A stretch of 39,010 nt of DNA from Patescibacteria group bacterium (GTDB lineage: Bacteria > Patescibacteriota > Patescibacteriia > Magasanikbacterales > JBBTQS01), in NCBI GenBank assembly GCA_038065555.1, contig JBBTQS010000001.1, positions 322,741-361,750 on the forward strand, read 5' to 3'. The stretch's first letter is position 1; each line of letters opens with the position of its first letter. Under the pieces are notes generated by a model. The model had not been told where the DNA came from. It searched no databases and was given only the letters and a program-made list of their open reading frames with translations. Of this stretch, positions 35,529-39,010 are shown one piece after another. The position numbers were made by a program, and so were the translations under genes.

Positions 35529-36406
35529 ACACGTTTTTTCTCTACCACGCGCACTTTGGCGCTGCGTGCACGAGGGTTCTCGAGCACTTCGTCGCGCGTT
35601 GGTTCGATTGGTTTCTTCGTAATCACATTCACATCTGGGTGGATGGAGAAGCAACGCTTCACAATGCGATCCTCGCCCGAATGGAATGTGATGACAGCGA
35701 GTCGCCCACCTGGCGCCAAAATATTGATAGCACCCAAGAGTCCTTCTTGGAGCGCACCGAATTCGTCATTTGCAGCGATACGCAACGCCTGGAATACGCG
35801 CGTTGCTGGATGAATCTTGCCACGAGGTCCACGAGTTACTCGCATGATCACGCGTACGAGATCTTGCGTGGTAGCAATTGGATTCTTGTGGCGCTCGCCA
35901 ACAATGGCACGAGCAATATTCATTGCGTTCTTCTCATCAGCGTACCGAGAGAAGAGCACAGCCAACTCTTGTGGCGATCGCGTTGCGAGAATATCTGCAG
36001 CAGTTTCTGTGCCCGAAAGACCAGCATCAAACCGCATATCCAGCGGCTCATCCCCTTCGAACGAAAATCCGCGACCTCGTTCGTGGAACTGCGGAGTCGA
36101 CCACCCGAGATCGAGCAGCACTGCATCTACTTTTTCGTTGAGCACGTCTTCGACAACTGCCTGAATGTTGCGAAATGATTCGCGAACAAAGGCAACGCGT
36201 GATCCATACTCAGCGAGATAGTGCTTGCTGCGCAAAATCGCTTCAGGGTCTGCGTCGATTCCAATGAGTCTTCCTCGCGGCGCTGTTGCCGCCAGGATAA
36301 TCTCCGCATGCCCAGCATCGCCCAGTGTTCCGTCCACGACGGTAGCATTGGGCGAGAGCTGCAATGCGGTGAGCACCTCTTGTCGCAACACAGGAATATG
36401 GCGCAT
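35525..36406 (-). CDS. rsmH: 16S rRNA m4C1402 methyltransferase
   Basis: HIPVL, DGTLGDAGH, RGFSF..DEPLDMR, HPATRVFQALRI, FHSGEDRIVK, NPRARSAK. Confidence 0.97.
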   Translation of the reverse strand: MRHIPVLRQEVLTALQLSPNATVVDGTLGDAGHAEIILAATAPRGRLIGIDADPEAILRSKHYLAEYGSRVAFVRESFRNIQAVVEDVLNEKVDAVLLDLGWSTPQFHERGRGFSFEGDEPLDMRFDAGLSGTETAADILATRSPQELAVLFSRYADEKNAMNIARAIVGERHKNPIATTQDLVRVIMRVTRGPRGKIHPATRVFQALRIAANDEFGALQEGLLGAINILAPGGRLAVITFHSGEDRIVKRCFSIHPDVNVITKKPIEPTRDEVLENPRARSAKVRVVEKKRV

Positions 36407-36409
36407 AGA

Positions 36410-36850
36410 CTATGCGATTCCCAGATTCCCGAGCTGTTCGGCGATCGAAGCCGAATCTTTTTCTGTCGCGCGCTTGTACGTTTCCCAGGCAGTCTTGTCC
36501 CAGAGCTCGAGACGGTCGTAGAGTCCTGCGACCACTGTCTCGCGCGTGAGCGTAGCAAACGTGCGCAAATATTCCGGAAGCAGGATACGACCCTGGCTGT
36601 CCAATCGCAGTTCCATAGCGCCCGCAAGCATGAGACGGGCGAAGGCACGCGAATGCGCCTGGTTCATCGGGAGGTTCGCGAGTTGCCGCGCGAGCGCTTC
36701 CCAACGCTTCCGTGTGTAGACAAAGAGACACGCATCAATGCCACGCGTCACGACGAGCCCCGCACGAAACGCTGCGCGAAATGAGCCAGGTATTGCTACT
36801 CGGCCCTTTTCGTCCATCGTGTGCTGATACTCCCCTATGAACATGGACAT
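36410..36850 (-). CDS. mraZ: transcriptional regulator MraZ
   Basis: MFIGEYQHTMDEKGRVAIP, LDSQGRILLP, RLELW. Confidence 0.97.
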   Translation of the reverse strand: MSMFIGEYQHTMDEKGRVAIPGSFRAAFRAGLVVTRGIDACLFVYTRKRWEALARQLANLPMNQAHSRAFARLMLAGAMELRLDSQGRILLPEYLRTFATLTRETVVAGLYDRLELWDKTAWETYKRATEKDSASIAEQLGNLGIA

Positions 36851-36870
36851 AGATTGTGAGTTCCGTGGTT

Positions 36871-36938
36871 CCCCACTTCACCCCACTTTGTTACACTCTG
36901 CACGTATTCTATCCCACACCACCCACTCCCGCAACCAC
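36871..36938 (-). promoter_or_regulatory. mraZ promoter with MraZ-box direct repeats
   Basis: GTGGG(G) repeats at 36871, 36881, 36913 and 36922 (pairs 9-10 nt apart); TTGCGG-17-TAGAAT. Confidence 0.75.
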
Positions 36939-36964
36939 TCCTGTGCATAAGTCATATACAAAAT

Positions 36965-36990
36965 CACCACGCCCTGAGGAGGGCGTGGTG
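36965..36990 (-). terminator. terminator after the lipoprotein gene
   Basis: caccacgccct/agggcgtggtg 11-bp stem; atttt follows on the minus strand. Confidence 0.7.
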
Positions 36991-37006
36991 CGAACACGAG
37001 AGCAAA

Positions 37007-37438
37007 CTAGCGAGCGCTCACGGTTCCAAGCAACGACTTGAACTCTGTCTCACACCGAACAAACCCCGCTGGGTTGTCCAATGCCATGTGTACGTCAGTC
37101 TCCAGAAGATGCGCATCCATGCGAACTGGATTATTGTTGTCCTTGTAGAAAGTCAGATTAAATCCGTGATCACCGATCTTTTGTGTTTCGGTTGTTGATT
37201 TCCAACTACGACCGACGGTCTTGTTATCTTGCGCGTAGAGATAGATCAGGCATTCGCCATCCGTGAGTACAGGAGCAGAGCCACGCTCCTCGTGTCTGTA
37301 ATTCTCTGGAATACGAACGTGCCACGCGTCACCAATAGCTACTGAGCCAGCTGGGACAGTAGAAGTCTCTGTTGCACCACAACCAGCGCCTACAAGTGCG
37401 AGTGTCGCGATCAGGGCAACTTTCCAATGATTTTGCAT
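37007..37438 (-). CDS. lipoprotein of unknown function
   Basis: Lipobox LALVGAGC. Confidence 0.8.
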   Translation of the reverse strand: MQNHWKVALIATLALVGAGCGATETSTVPAGSVAIGDAWHVRIPENYRHEERGSAPVLTDGECLIYLYAQDNKTVGRSWKSTTETQKIGDHGFNLTFYKDNNNPVRMDAHLLETDVHMALDNPAGFVRCETEFKSLLGTVSAR

Positions 37439-37450
37439 AGCTGTGTTGCG

Positions 37451-38710
37451 TTATGTTCCGAACTGCCCACGACTACGGCGGGCTCTATGGAATTGTATCG
37501 CGAATCGGTGTGATTCGTCACGTGCTGCCAGCAATATCTGCAAATACATGCGCGCTTGTCGCGCGAGCAATGCTCCGCCGCCGATTTGGAACACTTCGGC
37601 CTTTTTTCTGGTTGGTCCTTTTGCAATTCCGATGATAGGCGTAGTGATTCCTTGCGAAGTGAGAACTTCGTGCACACGATTCACCTGCGGCTTGCCTCCG
37701 TCAATCAAGAAGAGGTCTGGCATGGGCCATTCTGCGTGCGAAATGCGGCGAGTGATGACTTCGGCCATTGATGCCACGTCGTTACTCCCCTGCACGGTCT
37801 TGATTTTGAACTTACGGTAGTCAGACTTCTTTGCTTGTCCACCTTCGAAAACGATCATTGATGCAACGGAGTACTGACCCGCGGTGTTGCTGATGTCATA
37901 CCCTTCAACACGACCGAGAATTGGATTTGATTCGCCCCACGAATCGTAGCTGCGCTGAATGAGTGCGATATCCTGAATATGATCGAGCGCTGCAAGTTGG
38001 TCCCGAACCATCGCAGCTTCTTCATAGCGTTGCGCCTTCGAGAGCACTTCCAGCTTGCGTCGCCACTGTCGCACGAGCATATCCTTCTTGCCAGAGAAGA
38101 ATAGTAACAATGGTCGCAAATAATCCCGACGATACTGCAGCGGTGTCACCGCACCAATGCACACCCCAGGACATTTCTGAATTTGATAGTAAAAACATGC
38201 TCGCGCCGCGCCAGGCTTGCACGTTGCATACGGAAAAATATCTCGCAAAATCTTGAGCGAAGTCTCAATCAACCGAACCGTGCGAAACGGCCCGAACACT
38301 GCGCGAAACTTCTTGCGAATCACTGCGGAATCATCGAACCAGTTGAGCCCAAGATCATGTCCGCGGATTATTTCGAGACGTGGATACGCATCACGCGTCA
38401 CCACCAAATACGCGAAGCTCTTGTTGTCGCGCAACATCACGTTGTAGCGCGGCTGATGCTCACGAATCAGATTCGCTTCGAGGAAGACCGACTCGATGAT
38501 CGTTGGCGTCACGAGCGTCTCAATCGACGCAATTTCATGAATCATCGCTTCAATCGGTCGAGTCACTGTTCGATTCCCAACAAAGTACGATCGCACACGA
38601 TCATGCAACGACGTTGCGCGACCAATATAAATAATCTCACCAGCCGCATTGCGGTAGGTGTAGATGCCGGGTTGATCTGGAAGTGATTTGATTTGGTCAG
38701 CAAAATTCAT
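37451..38710 (-). CDS. uvrC: excinuclease ABC subunit C, short form
   Basis: GIY-YIG (PGIYTY..IIYIGRA), Cys cluster, YEEAAMVRDQ UVR motif, EGYDISN, LIDGGKPQ, RDESHRFA. Confidence 0.92.
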   Translation of the reverse strand: MNFADQIKSLPDQPGIYTYRNAAGEIIYIGRATSLHDRVRSYFVGNRTVTRPIEAMIHEIASIETLVTPTIIESVFLEANLIREHQPRYNVMLRDNKSFAYLVVTRDAYPRLEIIRGHDLGLNWFDDSAVIRKKFRAVFGPFRTVRLIETSLKILRDIFPYATCKPGAARACFYYQIQKCPGVCIGAVTPLQYRRDYLRPLLLFFSGKKDMLVRQWRRKLEVLSKAQRYEEAAMVRDQLAALDHIQDIALIQRSYDSWGESNPILGRVEGYDISNTAGQYSVASMIVFEGGQAKKSDYRKFKIKTVQGSNDVASMAEVITRRISHAEWPMPDLFLIDGGKPQVNRVHEVLTSQGITTPIIGIAKGPTRKKAEVFQIGGGALLARQARMYLQILLAARDESHRFAIQFHRARRSRGQFGT

Positions 38711-38736
38711 ACATTCACTGTAACACACGCACAACT

Positions 38737-39010
38737 ATGTAACCCGCCCTGCGGATATAGCCTGCCGGCTGGCCTCCGATGGCCCCCAGCGTCAGCACCC
38801 ACAGGACGATGCGTGTGTAGTTGAAAAGGTTACGTTGAGTGAGCGCCAGGTGCTGCGGGTACCTATGGAGGAGACTCACGGAGAACGGTCGGCCAGCTGA
38901 ATCCGCCGCAAGGCGTGAAGTATTGTCCGACCGATCGAGTGCGAGACGGCCATTCCCGGTGAGGGAATGGAACGTCGTGCTCCGAAATAGGTATCTGCAG
39001 CGCCTGGTAT
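38737..39010 (+). ncRNA. unassigned large structured RNA, possibly cut by the window edge
   Basis: 21-bp stem 38846-38866/38987-39007 with 3 G-U pairs; GCAA tetraloop; second domain closed by atgtaacc/ggttacgt. Confidence 0.6.

Noticed and set aside
936-36784. Long antisense or alternative-frame ORFs (e.g. 936-1688, 6495-7367, 19538-20410, 21145-22671, 34572-35396, 35393-36178)
   Set aside because: They are shadows of recognisable genes, with no motifs or start signals.
38737-39010. Large (Bacillus-type) SRP RNA, suggested by TGTAACCCGC and a long helix
   Set aside because: The conserved helix-8 motif (CAGG..GGAA..AGCAG) is absent.
1-39010. CRISPR array, tRNA/rRNA genes, dnaB intein, stop-codon recoding
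   Set aside because: No spaced direct repeats or cloverleafs were seen; DnaB is normal length; TGA ends conserved genes normally.

Overview
A 39-kb chromosomal segment (genetic code 11) that looks like a Patescibacteria/CPR genome, probably ABY1 (Uhrbacteria/Magasanikbacteria-like). This is inferred from the LVGAGC lipobox, short UvrC, membrane-anchored Clp ATPase and SD-less core genes. The core content is pyrG, era, riboflavin kinase, S41 protease, murA, a dTDP-rhamnose/GT2 surface-glycan cluster, two GT-C-like membrane proteins, a beta-propeller/TSP3 surface protein, GT4, dnaB-ybaB-recR, rplU, a WecA/MraY-like enzyme, a Clp-type ATPase, mraZ-rsmH-ftsL and uvrC. I see no rRNA, tRNA, CRISPR array, integrase or transposase. 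The most striking hidden structure is two different gene-expression grammars. Core genes are mostly SD-less, often near-leaderless, and 29 of 34 have T at -1 (tATG). Between them sit self-contained minus-strand ORFan cassettes, typically with a near-consensus TTGACA-17-TAnnnT promoter, a 5' stem-loop, a strong GGAG(G) Shine-Dalgarno and an intrinsic terminator. There are also three unassigned, highly structured RNA candidates (about 20290-20675, 24597-24785 and 38737-39010) and a 152-bp element bounded by perfect 28-bp inverted repeats. All function calls come from motif recognition by eye; no searches were run.
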